In this document: positions 48,826 through 58,298 of the stretch, piece after piece | Position numbering within the stretch: the stretch's first letter is position 1 | Layout of the letters: every line of letters begins with the position of its first letter | Assembly: GCA_963677895.2 (NCBI GenBank) | Contig: CAXXGJ010000038.1 | Location: forward strand, 320,001 to 384,000 | DNA: 64,000 nt | Reading direction: 5' to 3' | Source: Treponemataceae bacterium | Lineage (GTDB): Bacteria; Spirochaetota; Spirochaetia; Treponematales; Rectinemataceae | The notes under the pieces: generated by a model | What the model saw: the letters and a program-made list of their open reading frames with translations, nothing else | Databases searched by the model: none | What the model was told of the DNA's origin: nothing | Position numbers and translations under genes: made by a program

Positions 48826-50091
48826 TTACCCTCCCGCTTCGGGAAACCAGGAGCCCATCTCGTCCAGGGCATCGACGAGGATGAGGTTGAGGATGTCGAG
48901 ACCGGGGCCGTCAAGCTTGAGACGACCTTCACTTTCCGAAAAACGGTCCTTCCATTTCTTCCTCGTGTTGGACAATAGAGCGCCGGCATCCAGCCCGAAT
49001 CTAGCCTTGAACCGCTCTTCGTCGAGGCCTCTGGCCGTGCGCAGCGCCATCATGATCATCTCGAAGGCCGAGTCTTTCCTCCCGATCCAGGACAAGGCGA
49101 CGGTGCTGTCGGGGTCCAGCAGATAGGCCGCCAGATCCCTCCCCTCCTCCATTCTCAGCGAGAGGCTTCCCCCCGCCCCCGCGGCAGCCGCCTTATTTCC
49201 GTCGGCGACGATCAGCGTCGAAACCGCGCCGCTTCCGACGCCCAGATAGGAGTTCATCGACCAGTAGGCTTGGTTATGAAGGCACTCTGAACCTTCCAGC
49301 GCATAGTTGGATACCTCGTATCGGGAGAACCCCAGAGCCTTGAGGAGTCCTTCACCCTCCTCGCGCTCATCGAAGGCCGCGTCCTCGTCGACGGGAAAAA
49401 GCTCTCCCCGGTCCAGCCGCCCCTTTATCGGCGTTCCCTCCTCGACGACGAGGTCGTAGATCGAGAGATGCCCTACGCCCTTTTCGACGAGGAAAGCGGC
49501 CGAATCGTGGAGGGCGGAGCGTGTGGAGGAGCGAGAGGAGCGTTTTTCCGGCCTGGGCAAGGCCGTCATGAGGTCGGCCGACAGCTTGAGTCCCGACTGG
49601 ATGGCCAGATCCAGGGCTCTTCGGTTGTCCGCGGCTCTGGCATGCCTTCCGAGGATGGCCAGCTCGCCGTCGTCCATGCTCTGGATCCCCACGCTCAGCC
49701 TTGTCACTCCATGGACGGCCATCATTTCGAGCTTGCGGGGGCTCAGCGATTCAGGATTGGCCTCCACAGTCCATTCGAGAGGAGTATGCCCCGCTATAGA
49801 CCTTATTTCGGCGAGAAGTCTTTCGAAAACCTCGTCTTCCAGAACCGTGGGCGTGCCGCCGCCGACAAAGATGGTCTCGATGGAGGCCGAAGCCGTCCGG
49901 CAGAGAAGCTCCGTACGCCGCAGAAGCTTGTCCACGTAGTCGGCCCGCCGCGAGGCTGATACTCGGGAGCAGGGAAAGGAATGGAAATCGCAGTAGGAAC
50001 AGCGGGACGAACAGAACGGTACATGAATATAGAGGGAACGCGGCGTTTCGAATGCCCCGCTGTTTTCCGAGAGGAAGCCGGAAAGATTCAT
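48826..50091 (-). CDS. hemW: Radical SAM heme chaperone HemW (HemN-like)
   Basis: YIHVPFC..RCSYCDF, GGGTP, EANP, YEVSNY and HNQAYW motifs; ATG 50091 overlaps the upstream stop. Confidence 0.85.
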   Translation of the reverse strand: MNLSGFLSENSGAFETPRSLYIHVPFCSSRCSYCDFHSFPCSRVSASRRADYVDKLLRRTELLCRTASASIETIFVGGGTPTVLEDEVFERLLAEIRSIAGHTPLEWTVEANPESLSPRKLEMMAVHGVTRLSVGIQSMDDGELAILGRHARAADNRRALDLAIQSGLKLSADLMTALPRPEKRSSRSSTRSALHDSAAFLVEKGVGHLSIYDLVVEEGTPIKGRLDRGELFPVDEDAAFDEREEGEGLLKALGFSRYEVSNYALEGSECLHNQAYWSMNSYLGVGSGAVSTLIVADGNKAAAAGAGGSLSLRMEEGRDLAAYLLDPDSTVALSWIGRKDSAFEMIMMALRTARGLDEERFKARFGLDAGALLSNTRKKWKDRFSESEGRLKLDGPGLDILNLILVDALDEMGSWFPEAGG

Positions 50092-50819
50092 GGTATTTTC
50101 ATGCGCCGGAGAGGCCACCAGACGGCGATGATACGCCCGATGATTCTTTCCTGTCCGATGGATCCCCATAGCCGGGATCCCGCCAACAGAGATCGGTCGT
50201 CGCAGGCGACAAAGTATTCGTTCTTTCCAAGGTTCCTTTCGCGGGCGAATTCTCCGCCCTGAGCCGGCCCGGAAGCCGCGGAGGTTCCGGAAAGCGTATA
50301 GCTGACCTCGGAGAGCATGTATTCATTCTGGAATGAATTGGAGCCCGCAGGGCGGATTTCATAGAGAGCCCCCTTGAGTCTGATGGCGTCGCCGGGCAGA
50401 CCTATGACTCTATACAGGCCTGGAGCGGTCAGGCTAAGGCCATGACGCCGAGCCAAGGGGGAATAGTATTGAAGCGTAAAGAACCGCGCCAGGCTGTCCC
50501 ATGCGCCGAACCACCAACTCTCGGTCGGTATGGGATCGGGAGCCACGACGATGAGCTCCCCTCTTTTCAAATCGGTTATGCGAGGCAATTTTCCGAAAAG
50601 CGTTACGGCGCCGACGGGAAGGGGAAAAGACAGGACCCTGTCGCCAGGGGCAAGAGCCGGCCGCATCGACGTGGCGTCAACCTTATACGACTGAAGGAAA
50701 AAAGCGCGAACAAGCCCCACCGCGAGCAGGACGAGGAGGACCTTGCGGAGTCCTCTGCGCCTTTTGCGGGCGGTCATCACTTTCTCGGTGTAGGAGCGAT
50801 GTCTATTGGAAAAAGCCAT
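50088..50819 (-). CDS. Signal peptidase I paralog with degenerate catalytic motifs
   Basis: TM helix then SMRPAL..GD box B; box D reads LYRVIGLPGD; box E reads CDDR....GSR; ends in WWPL. Confidence 0.8.
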   Translation of the reverse strand: MAFSNRHRSYTEKVMTARKRRRGLRKVLLVLLAVGLVRAFFLQSYKVDATSMRPALAPGDRVLSFPLPVGAVTLFGKLPRITDLKRGELIVVAPDPIPTESWWFGAWDSLARFFTLQYYSPLARRHGLSLTAPGLYRVIGLPGDAIRLKGALYEIRPAGSNSFQNEYMLSEVSYTLSGTSAASGPAQGGEFARERNLGKNEYFVACDDRSLLAGSRLWGSIGQERIIGRIIAVWWPLRRMKIP

Positions 50820-50883
50820 GACCTGTCCCCCTGGAATCTACCGGCACCCGACGCCCTGACCAAGGCATCGGCAGGATGAATCT

Positions 50884-51873
50884 TCAGCGGATTCGGCCTG
50901 CCCGGCCCAATGGCCAGTAGATGAACAATGCCCTTCCGAGCACTCGGTTCAGGTTCACCGGGCCGAAGTAGCGGGCGTCCCGCGAATTGTCCCTGTTGTC
51001 GCCCATCGGGAAGATTCTTCCCTCCGGTATATACCAACCCATCTCGTAGCGTCTGGATGTGGCGGCGATTCGGGAATCCGAGGGATTCATGTCCTTGAGC
51101 ACGGAAACCCTTTTCATGTCGTAACCGAAAGCGTCCTTGTAAGCCGAGGAGATGTCTGCCGATTTCGATGACACGGGAACGCTAAGCTTGCCTTCCTGAT
51201 ACGCCGACATCGCGCCGACGGCCTCGATTGCCGCGTATTCGCTTTTAGCCACCATCCGCTCGGCGGCGAAGGGAAGCCCCAGATTCTTCATCAACGTGGG
51301 CTCGGAAAACCAGGAAGAAGAACCTTCGGGTTTGATGGATACCTCGCCCATGTCGACTCTGATCCTGTCGCCTGAAAATCCGATGGCGCGCTTTATGAGA
51401 TAATGGACTCTCTGCTCGCCGTTCTGGTCCCTGTCGATGTCGACCATCGTGAGGGTGAGCATGTAGATCATCTGCTGGACGACGGTGAAGACGGGACCTT
51501 TGGAAAGATAGGTGGGATTCTCGAAGACGATGATCTGGCCCCGGTGAGGTTTGGCCACGCCGGGAAGCTTGGCGACGCCAGGCAGGAGTTCGGGGCCATA
51601 GGAAAGCTTGTCGACGAAAATCATGTCGCCGATTTTCAGCGTCTTGACCATGGACTCGGAAGGTATCTGGTAGTTTTGAAAGACATATTGATTGATGACG
51701 AGAACGACGCACGCGGCCCAAAGGATGGCCATGAGCCAATCCACCACGGCATTCCGCCGTTGCTGCTTCATCTTGTCCTTAAGTCTTTTCCTGAGCCGAC
51801 GAGTGAGTAGCGTTTCCGTGAAATTCTGGAGCCTATCGATGAAATCGGCGTTCTTGCCAGCCTGCTTGGTCAT
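50884..51873 (-). CDS. lepB: Signal peptidase I
   Basis: IPSESMVKTL..GD, YLIKRAIG, MGDNRDNSRDARYFG and YWPL motifs; probable start at ATG 51873. Confidence 0.93.
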   Translation of the reverse strand: MTKQAGKNADFIDRLQNFTETLLTRRLRKRLKDKMKQQRRNAVVDWLMAILWAACVVLVINQYVFQNYQIPSESMVKTLKIGDMIFVDKLSYGPELLPGVAKLPGVAKPHRGQIIVFENPTYLSKGPVFTVVQQMIYMLTLTMVDIDRDQNGEQRVHYLIKRAIGFSGDRIRVDMGEVSIKPEGSSSWFSEPTLMKNLGLPFAAERMVAKSEYAAIEAVGAMSAYQEGKLSVPVSSKSADISSAYKDAFGYDMKRVSVLKDMNPSDSRIAATSRRYEMGWYIPEGRIFPMGDNRDNSRDARYFGPVNLNRVLGRALFIYWPLGRAGRIR

Positions 51874-51939
51874 TGAAATCACACTACCATGTTCGTACCG
51901 CGTTGACAAGGTCCGGACGCATCCTATACGCTTCTCTCA
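51874..51939. promoter_or_regulatory. Compact divergent promoter region (lepB / FGE-domain gene)
   Basis: Plus: TTGACA(51903-08)-N18-TACGCT(51927-32)-7 nt-ATG. Minus: TG-g-TAGTGT(51886-81)-7 nt-ATG. Confidence 0.6.
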
Positions 51940-53547
51940 ATGAAGGAAGAGAAGAAAATCACACAGTCCGACATCGATCAGGCAACCGTCAGACTGCATT
52001 CCATAGCCGGCGTCGAGCCACGCGTCTATCTGCCTGCGGTCTATGCGATTCTCGCGATGTTCCTGCTCTTCCTGGCCCTTGTTTTGCCGGGGATACGGAA
52101 AAATGGAAGCTATCTTGTTTTTGCTGGCGCTCCCGCCAGATCGGCCGTCTACGTCGACGACTCGTACAAAGGAAGCACCGGACAGAATATCTTCCTTCCT
52201 TCGGGCAACTATTCGATCCGCATCGAAAGAGAGGGATTCAAGCCTGAGACCAGGAATGTCCGCATAAAAGGAAGGCTTCTGGGCAGCCTCATTTTCCCTC
52301 GCCGCGAAAAAATCGAATTCGGCCTTTCGGCAGAAAATCCCGCGGCCCTCATTCATACCGCATATAAAGAATATGCCGAGTGGTCCCTGGCGGGAAAACC
52401 GAGCGCCCTCTACCAGTTTCCGACCGTCCTCTCCGACGCGGTTTCAGCCTTGGCCGGGACGGGCGCCTTATCGACCGCCTTCTCTGACGCGCCGGTGCCA
52501 AGCGGCAAGAATAGCGAGGCCGCCGCGCATTCAGGTTCGCTGGACTTTGCCAGGGATATCCTGTCGGCCACCGCTTCATCCGAATCCGCGAGGGATGGAT
52601 TGAAGGCGAGCGCCCTTGTATCCACCGCGGGCATGCCCGGCCCGCTCTCCCTGGTCTCGGCGGCCCGCATAGCGGTCGCCGCCATCTGTTCGGAAAAAGC
52701 CGGAGCGGTCTGGCTCCAGGACGTCCTGTCCAAGGACAGCGCGACTTCCCTGCCTTTGAGCTCCATCGCCAAAAGCGCGGCCGCGGCTAAGCCGGCGGCG
52801 GGCAAGGAAGTGCCAAGCCCCAGGGGTTCCGTTTCGCTGAGCGGCCATGATTTCGTTCTCTTCTCGCAAGGGGAGCTGCCCATGGGCGGCGAAGCCCCTT
52901 CCGGTTCCCAGGCCGGCTATATGGCGAGCGTTTCCACCTTCGGCATCGCCCGGACTGAGGTCACAAACAGACAATGGGCCGCCTTCCTCGCGGCCAACGC
53001 CGGCTGGCAGCCAAGGAACAAGGCCGCCCTCATCGAAGCGGGGCTGGCTGATGATACCTATCTCAGCGAATGGAAGGAAACCGGAATCGACGGCGACAAG
53101 CCCGTAACCTACGTTTCATGGGCAGCGGCGTCGGCCTATTGCGCATGGCTCTCCTCCAGAACGGGAAGCGCGTGGAAAGCGGCGCTGCCCAGCGAGGCGA
53201 TGTGGGAGGCGGCGGCTCGCGCGGGACTTTCCGACCCGGCCTCGCCGACGGAAAAGAAAGCCACCTGGTCCGATGCGGCGAAAGACGGTCCCGCGCGATC
53301 GGGCGCCGCCGGCTATTCCGCGACAGGCCTCGCCGACATGTTCGGCAATGTATGGGAATGGACTGCCGACGCCTATCGCCCCTACCCCGCCTTCGCGGCC
53401 GGCCAATTTTCGGGGGACGAAAAAGCTGTCCGCGGCGGCTCCTGGGCCAACGACTCCGATTCCATAACCCTGTTCTCGCGCGGAGGCATGCCCTCTGCCC
53501 ACGGATCCGCCTTTCTCGGCTTCAGGCCCGCGATAGTGGAACGATGA
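51940..53547 (+). CDS. Membrane-anchored SUMF1/FGE-sulfatase-domain protein with a PEGA-like domain
   Basis: TEVTN, PV..VSW..A.AYC.WL, LPSEAMWE.AAR, DMFGNVWEWT, RGGSW and LGFR motifs; N-terminal TM helix. Confidence 0.88.
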   Translation: MKEEKKITQSDIDQATVRLHSIAGVEPRVYLPAVYAILAMFLLFLALVLPGIRKNGSYLVFAGAPARSAVYVDDSYKGSTGQNIFLPSGNYSIRIEREGFKPETRNVRIKGRLLGSLIFPRREKIEFGLSAENPAALIHTAYKEYAEWSLAGKPSALYQFPTVLSDAVSALAGTGALSTAFSDAPVPSGKNSEAAAHSGSLDFARDILSATASSESARDGLKASALVSTAGMPGPLSLVSAARIAVAAICSEKAGAVWLQDVLSKDSATSLPLSSIAKSAAAAKPAAGKEVPSPRGSVSLSGHDFVLFSQGELPMGGEAPSGSQAGYMASVSTFGIARTEVTNRQWAAFLAANAGWQPRNKAALIEAGLADDTYLSEWKETGIDGDKPVTYVSWAAASAYCAWLSSRTGSAWKAALPSEAMWEAAARAGLSDPASPTEKKATWSDAAKDGPARSGAAGYSATGLADMFGNVWEWTADAYRPYPAFAAGQFSGDEKAVRGGSWANDSDSITLFSRGGMPSAHGSAFLGFRPAIVER

Positions 53548-54011
53548 GCATACCGGAAGGCGTCAAGGTCGTAGCCCTCAACAGGCGCGCCCGTTTCGAC
53601 TACAGCGTCGAAGAAAGTTTTGAATGCGGCGTGGAGCTGAAAGGCACCGAAGTCAAATCCATCAAGGACGGAAGAGTATCCTTTCCCGACGCTTACGCCG
53701 ACGTGAGGAACGCCGAAGTCTGGCTGAGGAATTTCCATATCTCGGAATACGTGTTCTCCTCGGTGTTCAGCCATGATCCCGACAGGCCCAAGAAGCTTCT
53801 GCTCCACGCGCAGGAGATTAAACGCATCGACCGGAAGGTCCGCGAAAAAGGCTTTACGCTGATCCCCCTGGCGGTGTACCTCAAGCACGGCCTCGTCAAG
53901 ATCGAGGTTGGGCTCTGCAAAGGCAAGAAAGCCTACGATAAGCGCGCCGACATCAAGGAACGCGACGTGGATCGCGACATCAGGCGCGAATTCCGCACGA
54001 GGGACTGGTAA
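53544..54011 (+). CDS. smpB: SsrA-binding protein SmpB
   Basis: NRRARFDY, LKGTEVKS, KLLLH and GKKAYDKR motifs; ATGA overlap at 53544. Confidence 0.97.
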   Translation: MSIPEGVKVVALNRRARFDYSVEESFECGVELKGTEVKSIKDGRVSFPDAYADVRNAEVWLRNFHISEYVFSSVFSHDPDRPKKLLLHAQEIKRIDRKVREKGFTLIPLAVYLKHGLVKIEVGLCKGKKAYDKRADIKERDVDRDIRREFRTRDW

Positions 54012-54015
54012 GCCT

Positions 54016-54564
54016 ATGCGCATCACCGGAGGAATCTACTGCGGCAGGACCATCGAGCTTCCCGACGCCCATCTGGCCATCCGTCCCGCCATGGACAGGA
54101 TGAGGGAATCGGTTTTCGGCGTCCTGGGAGACATGACGGGCCTCTCCTTTCTCGATCTCTTTTCCGGATCGGGCATCATCGCCCTCGAGGCGGCGTCGCG
54201 CGGCGCCAACCCGATAATGTGCGTTGAGCGCGATAGGGCAAAGTTCCCCATTCTCCTCAAAAACGTCTCGATAGCGGCCGATCAGCGCATCGAGTGCAAA
54301 GCCCAGCCGGTGGAGCTTTTCCTGGCCCGAAATAAGGTCGCCTTCGATATCGCCTTCCTCGACCCCCCCTTTCCCTACGCCTTCAAGCTGGATCTGCTCA
54401 AGACCCTGGTGAAGGGATCTTCCCTCAAGGAAGGCGGTCTCGTGATCATCCATTTCCCCAAGGAAGACAAACTGCCGCTGAAAATCGGATCCCTCGCGGT
54501 CGAGGACGAACGAAGCTACGGTCGCTCGATCGTGCGTTTTTATCGAAGCCGCGAGGCGTCCTGA
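54016..54564 (+). CDS. rsmD: 16S rRNA m2G966 methyltransferase RsmD
   Basis: MRITGG, RP..DRMRES.F, LDLFSGSG, EAASRGA and DPPF motifs. Confidence 0.92.
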   Translation: MRITGGIYCGRTIELPDAHLAIRPAMDRMRESVFGVLGDMTGLSFLDLFSGSGIIALEAASRGANPIMCVERDRAKFPILLKNVSIAADQRIECKAQPVELFLARNKVAFDIAFLDPPFPYAFKLDLLKTLVKGSSLKEGGLVIIHFPKEDKLPLKIGSLAVEDERSYGRSIVRFYRSREAS

Positions 54565-54581
54565 CCCTGAAATGACACTGA

Positions 54582-54610
54582 TTGCTTTTTCCGCTTTTTC
54601 GCTTTATACT
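54582..54610 (+). promoter_or_regulatory. Promoter of the TPR-rlmN operon
   Basis: TTGCTT(54582-87)-N17-TATACT(54605-10) in an AT-rich spacer. Confidence 0.65.
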
Positions 54611-54695
54611 TTTCAATTAGACAGAAAGCAGCCTTAGGTCCGTATTTTTAAAATGTTTGAATCATAAAATACGCTTTCTGCCACAAGGAAAAAAC

Positions 54696-55844
54696 ATGAG
54701 CGACATGCCTGCTCCTCTCCCCCAAGACGATTTCTTTGAAATTCCGGAAGCGCTCGAAAGCGAACTGAACGAGATTTCCGAATCCTCCAAGAAAGGTTAC
54801 CAGCTTCTCAAGGAAAACCGGTTCGACGAAGCCGTCGAGTGCTTTGCCCAGATTCTGGAAAAGGACAAGGAAAACAACTACGCGTTGGTCGGCCTCGGCG
54901 ACGCGGCCCGCAAACGCGGCGCGTACAGGGACGCCGCCGACCATTACCGGCGCTGTCTCGTATTCCATCCCGGAAACAGCTACGCCCTGTTCGGTCTGGC
55001 GGACTGCTACAAGGCCCTCAACCAGTACCATAAAGCCATAGAAATATGGGAGCAGTACCTGCTCCACGACAATACGAACATCACGGTCCTGACGAGAGTG
55101 GCCGACGCGTATAGAAAAGTCCACGATTTCAGGAAATCCAAGGCCATCTATCAGCGCGTTCTCGAGATGGAAGCCGACAATCATTACGCCCTCATCGGCC
55201 TCGGCCATCTGCATTATGACTTCAAGGAATACAAGGAAGCCCTCGGCTACTGGCAGAGAATGGTCGATCTTCAGGCAGATAGGGTCGATATCAGGGTTCT
55301 CACCTCCATCGGGAATTGCTACAGGAAACTGAAGCAGTTCGATCGAGGCGTTCCCTATTTCGAGAAGGCCCTGGAAAGGGAGCCGGACAATTTCTACGCC
55401 CTCTTCGGCATAGCCGACTGCTATCGAGGCGTCGGCAAGCAGGCCAATTCCCTCATCTACTGGAACAAGATTCTGGAAAAGGATCCCAAGAACAAAGTTA
55501 TCCTCACCAGGGCAGGCGATGCCTACAGGAATATCGGCGACCTGGATAAAGCGGTGAAATACTACGAGGACGCCCTCAACATAGAGTTCGACGTATACGC
55601 CATCCTAGGCCTGGCCGTCATCGCGCGCACTCAGGGAAAATGGGACGACGCCATCACCAGCCTCAAGATGCTCATACAGAACGATCCCAAGAATTACCGC
55701 ATCTATCTCGAGCTCGCCCAGTGCTACGTGGCGGCCGGTCAGCGCCAGCAGGCCATAGATATCCTCAGCGACTTCACGAAGATGGGGATCAAGAATCCCT
55801 TCATCTCGGAAGCGCTTCTGAAGCTTTCGGCGAAGGCTTCGTGA
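54696..55844 (+). CDS. Multi-TPR protein
   Basis: About ten 34-aa repeats with N.YAL.GL(A/G)D.Y periodicity; AAGGA RBS before ATG 54696. Confidence 0.9.
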   Translation: MSDMPAPLPQDDFFEIPEALESELNEISESSKKGYQLLKENRFDEAVECFAQILEKDKENNYALVGLGDAARKRGAYRDAADHYRRCLVFHPGNSYALFGLADCYKALNQYHKAIEIWEQYLLHDNTNITVLTRVADAYRKVHDFRKSKAIYQRVLEMEADNHYALIGLGHLHYDFKEYKEALGYWQRMVDLQADRVDIRVLTSIGNCYRKLKQFDRGVPYFEKALEREPDNFYALFGIADCYRGVGKQANSLIYWNKILEKDPKNKVILTRAGDAYRNIGDLDKAVKYYEDALNIEFDVYAILGLAVIARTQGKWDDAITSLKMLIQNDPKNYRIYLELAQCYVAAGQRQQAIDILSDFTKMGIKNPFISEALLKLSAKAS

Positions 55845-55859
55845 AGGCAAGACCATAGG

Positions 55860-56921
55860 ATGACAAACCGACCTTTGAACGAAGAAAAACCGTCGGTCTA
55901 TCCTTCGGGCCTGCTCCCTGACGAGATCCTCGATCTTCTCCGCTTCGAGCAGGCTTACAGGGCGAAACAGGTCTACGACTGGATCGTGCGCGGAACGGGC
56001 GATTTTTCCGGCATGACCAATCTCCCCGCCGCCGACAAGGAACGTTTGACCGCGCTGTTCGGCACCCTCCGCTCATCCTCGGTGAGTTCGGAATTCAAGG
56101 ATGAGGACGGATCCCTCAAGCTGCAGATACGACTCCGCGACGGCGCGGCCGTCGAGTGTGTTCTCCTGGAGGATATCGAGGGAAGGAAGACCGCCTGTCT
56201 CTCCAGCCAGGTGGGTTGTCCCATGGGCTGCAAATTCTGCCGTACCGGCCAGCTCGGTTTCCTGCGGAATCTCGGACCGGACGAAATCCTCGAGCAGTAT
56301 TACTTCCTCAAGGAAAGACGCGGCTTCATATCGAATGTCGTCTTCATGGGCATGGGAGAACCCCTCCTCAATCTTCCCGCGCTGCGAAAATCGATTGCCC
56401 TCCTCGCTGATCCGGAAGGCATAGGCATGTCGCTGCGAAAGATCACCATATCCACGAGCGGCGTAGTCCCGGGGATTCTCGACCTGGCGGCCAACGGTCC
56501 CCGAGTCAGGCTCGCCGTGTCGCTGACCACCGCCAACGAGGATATGCGGTCGGAGATGATGCCCATAAATCGCACCTGGAACCTTGCGACTCTCAAGGCC
56601 GCCCTCGTCGAATACCAGGAAAAGACAGGCGAGCGCGTCACCCTCGAAGCCGTCCTCACCGGAAACAGGAACGCGAGCCCAGACGATGCCCGCGCCCTGG
56701 TGCGCTGGGTAAAGCCGCTCAAGGCCCAGGTCAATCTCATTCCATGGAACGCTGTGCCCGGCCTTCCTTTCGAAACGCCCAGCAAGGCGCAAGTCCAGGC
56801 CTTCACCGACGTGCTCGAAAAGGCTGGACTCGTCGCCGTCCAGCGAATGCATCGCGGCAGGGGCGTCATGGGCGCCTGCGGCCAGCTCGGAGACACGCTC
56901 CAGGCCAATTCCAAGCCCTGA
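55860..56921 (+). CDS. rlmN: Dual-specificity RNA methyltransferase RlmN
   Basis: CLSSQVGCPMGCKFCRTG, VFMGMGEPLLN, ISTSG, VNLIP and GACGQL motifs. Confidence 0.95.
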   Translation: MTNRPLNEEKPSVYPSGLLPDEILDLLRFEQAYRAKQVYDWIVRGTGDFSGMTNLPAADKERLTALFGTLRSSSVSSEFKDEDGSLKLQIRLRDGAAVECVLLEDIEGRKTACLSSQVGCPMGCKFCRTGQLGFLRNLGPDEILEQYYFLKERRGFISNVVFMGMGEPLLNLPALRKSIALLADPEGIGMSLRKITISTSGVVPGILDLAANGPRVRLAVSLTTANEDMRSEMMPINRTWNLATLKAALVEYQEKTGERVTLEAVLTGNRNASPDDARALVRWVKPLKAQVNLIPWNAVPGLPFETPSKAQVQAFTDVLEKAGLVAVQRMHRGRGVMGACGQLGDTLQANSKP

Positions 56922-56962
56922 CATAATCCGATTACCTTCGCACCCTCGGTCGCGGAAATTGT

Positions 56963-58288
56963 TCACCCGCCACAGCCATCTCCCGATGATTTCCCCAGCT
57001 TTCGCATGAGCCGCGTCCGCCTTTTCTCGAGCGCCTCAAGTTCGGGGCTGTCTCGGTTTAGAGCGCTGGGATTCCGGACTCCCGTTTCTTGGGCGGCTTC
57101 CGCTTCCAGGATGGCCTTGGCCTTTTCGGCGTAGTCGAGAGCGGTTCTGGGATCCTTCCTCATGTGTTCGTGGAATTTCGCCTTTTCTGTGCAGCCTTCG
57201 ACGCTATTTTCGTCCATCGCGGCGATGACGCGTCCGCAGGCTTCCAGATCCCCCGCCTTTCTGTAGAACCTGAAAAGAAGCTTAAGCGCCCCATGGTCAC
57301 CGGCCGCGGCGCCTTCCTCGAGGAGGGCATAGCCTTCCTCCGATCTGTCGGCCGCCATGAGTTCCATGGCGAGATGCGGGACATAGACTCTTTCGCTCTC
57401 CCAGCGTACGCAGGGTTCCTTCATGATTCCCTCGACCCTGAGGAAGAGCCTGGCGAGCGATCTGACATCGAGGAGATTGTGGTCGGCCACCTTTCCCATC
57501 GCCGCGAGAGAGGCTTCGAGAGTATCGGCGTCCGCGGCGTTCGCCCCCGAATATTCGAGCCAGAGCCGCGGGATGAGAAATCCGGGTACATCATCCTCCC
57601 GCCCCTCCCCGAGAACGGCTATCTCCATGGCTTGCAGGGAGCAGGAGCCGAAGGTTTTCTTCCAGAACTTCCTCGCCATATGCAGGAGGTCTATGTGGCC
57701 GAATTCGGGGACGGGAACGGCGTTCATGATGCATCGCGTTCTTAAAAGGGGCAGATCGAAGGCAGCCCCGTTGTAGGTGACGAGATAAGGATGGTCAGCG
57801 AGAAGGTTGACCGTGAAATCGAGAAAAGTAGGCTCACCCGGGAAATCGTCGATGAATACTTGGGTGACGAGGAAGCTTCCGCCCTCGAAAAAACCGACGG
57901 CCGCGAGGAAAGCTATGGTGCCTGCCCCGCCCGAAAGGCCTGTGGTCTCGAGGTCGAAGAAGGAGAGCCGGTTCAGGGGTATGGCGGTCAAAGGCATGGG
58001 CTCCAGGCCCTTTTTCCGTCTCAGCCGCTGGTTCGCGAAATGGCTTTCCTCGAAGCAGTCGCCGCGGTTTTCGTCCAGGCCGAAGCCGGTCTCCACCGTC
58101 CGCGTATAGGTGTGGGGAGCGATCCTTTCCCATCCTGGAAGGAAACCGGACTTTTCTTCCCGTACCGGTTTTTTCGACTTTTTCGGCCTTTCCGATCTTT
58201 CCGGCTTGTCAGGGCGCGACCCGATTTCCGAGGCCTTGATGAGACCCATTTCCTTGAGGCGGGCAAGCCGCCCTTTCATGGCTGACAA
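56963..58288 (-). CDS. YprB/MrfB-like RNase H-fold (DEDD) exonuclease with a TPR-like C-terminus
   Basis: FFDLETTGLSGGAGT, TYNGAAFD, HIDLL, REDDVPG and HNLLD motifs; GAGGAG then TTG 58288; directly downstream of the helicase. Confidence 0.85.
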   Translation of the reverse strand: MSAMKGRLARLKEMGLIKASEIGSRPDKPERSERPKKSKKPVREEKSGFLPGWERIAPHTYTRTVETGFGLDENRGDCFEESHFANQRLRRKKGLEPMPLTAIPLNRLSFFDLETTGLSGGAGTIAFLAAVGFFEGGSFLVTQVFIDDFPGEPTFLDFTVNLLADHPYLVTYNGAAFDLPLLRTRCIMNAVPVPEFGHIDLLHMARKFWKKTFGSCSLQAMEIAVLGEGREDDVPGFLIPRLWLEYSGANAADADTLEASLAAMGKVADHNLLDVRSLARLFLRVEGIMKEPCVRWESERVYVPHLAMELMAADRSEEGYALLEEGAAAGDHGALKLLFRFYRKAGDLEACGRVIAAMDENSVEGCTEKAKFHEHMRKDPRTALDYAEKAKAILEAEAAQETGVRNPSALNRDSPELEALEKRRTRLMRKLGKSSGDGCGG

Positions 58289-58298
58289 GGAAAGCTCC

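Noticed and set aside
53544..54600. tmRNA gene near smpB
   Set aside because: No intergenic space or tRNA-like ends; rsmD follows after 4 nt.
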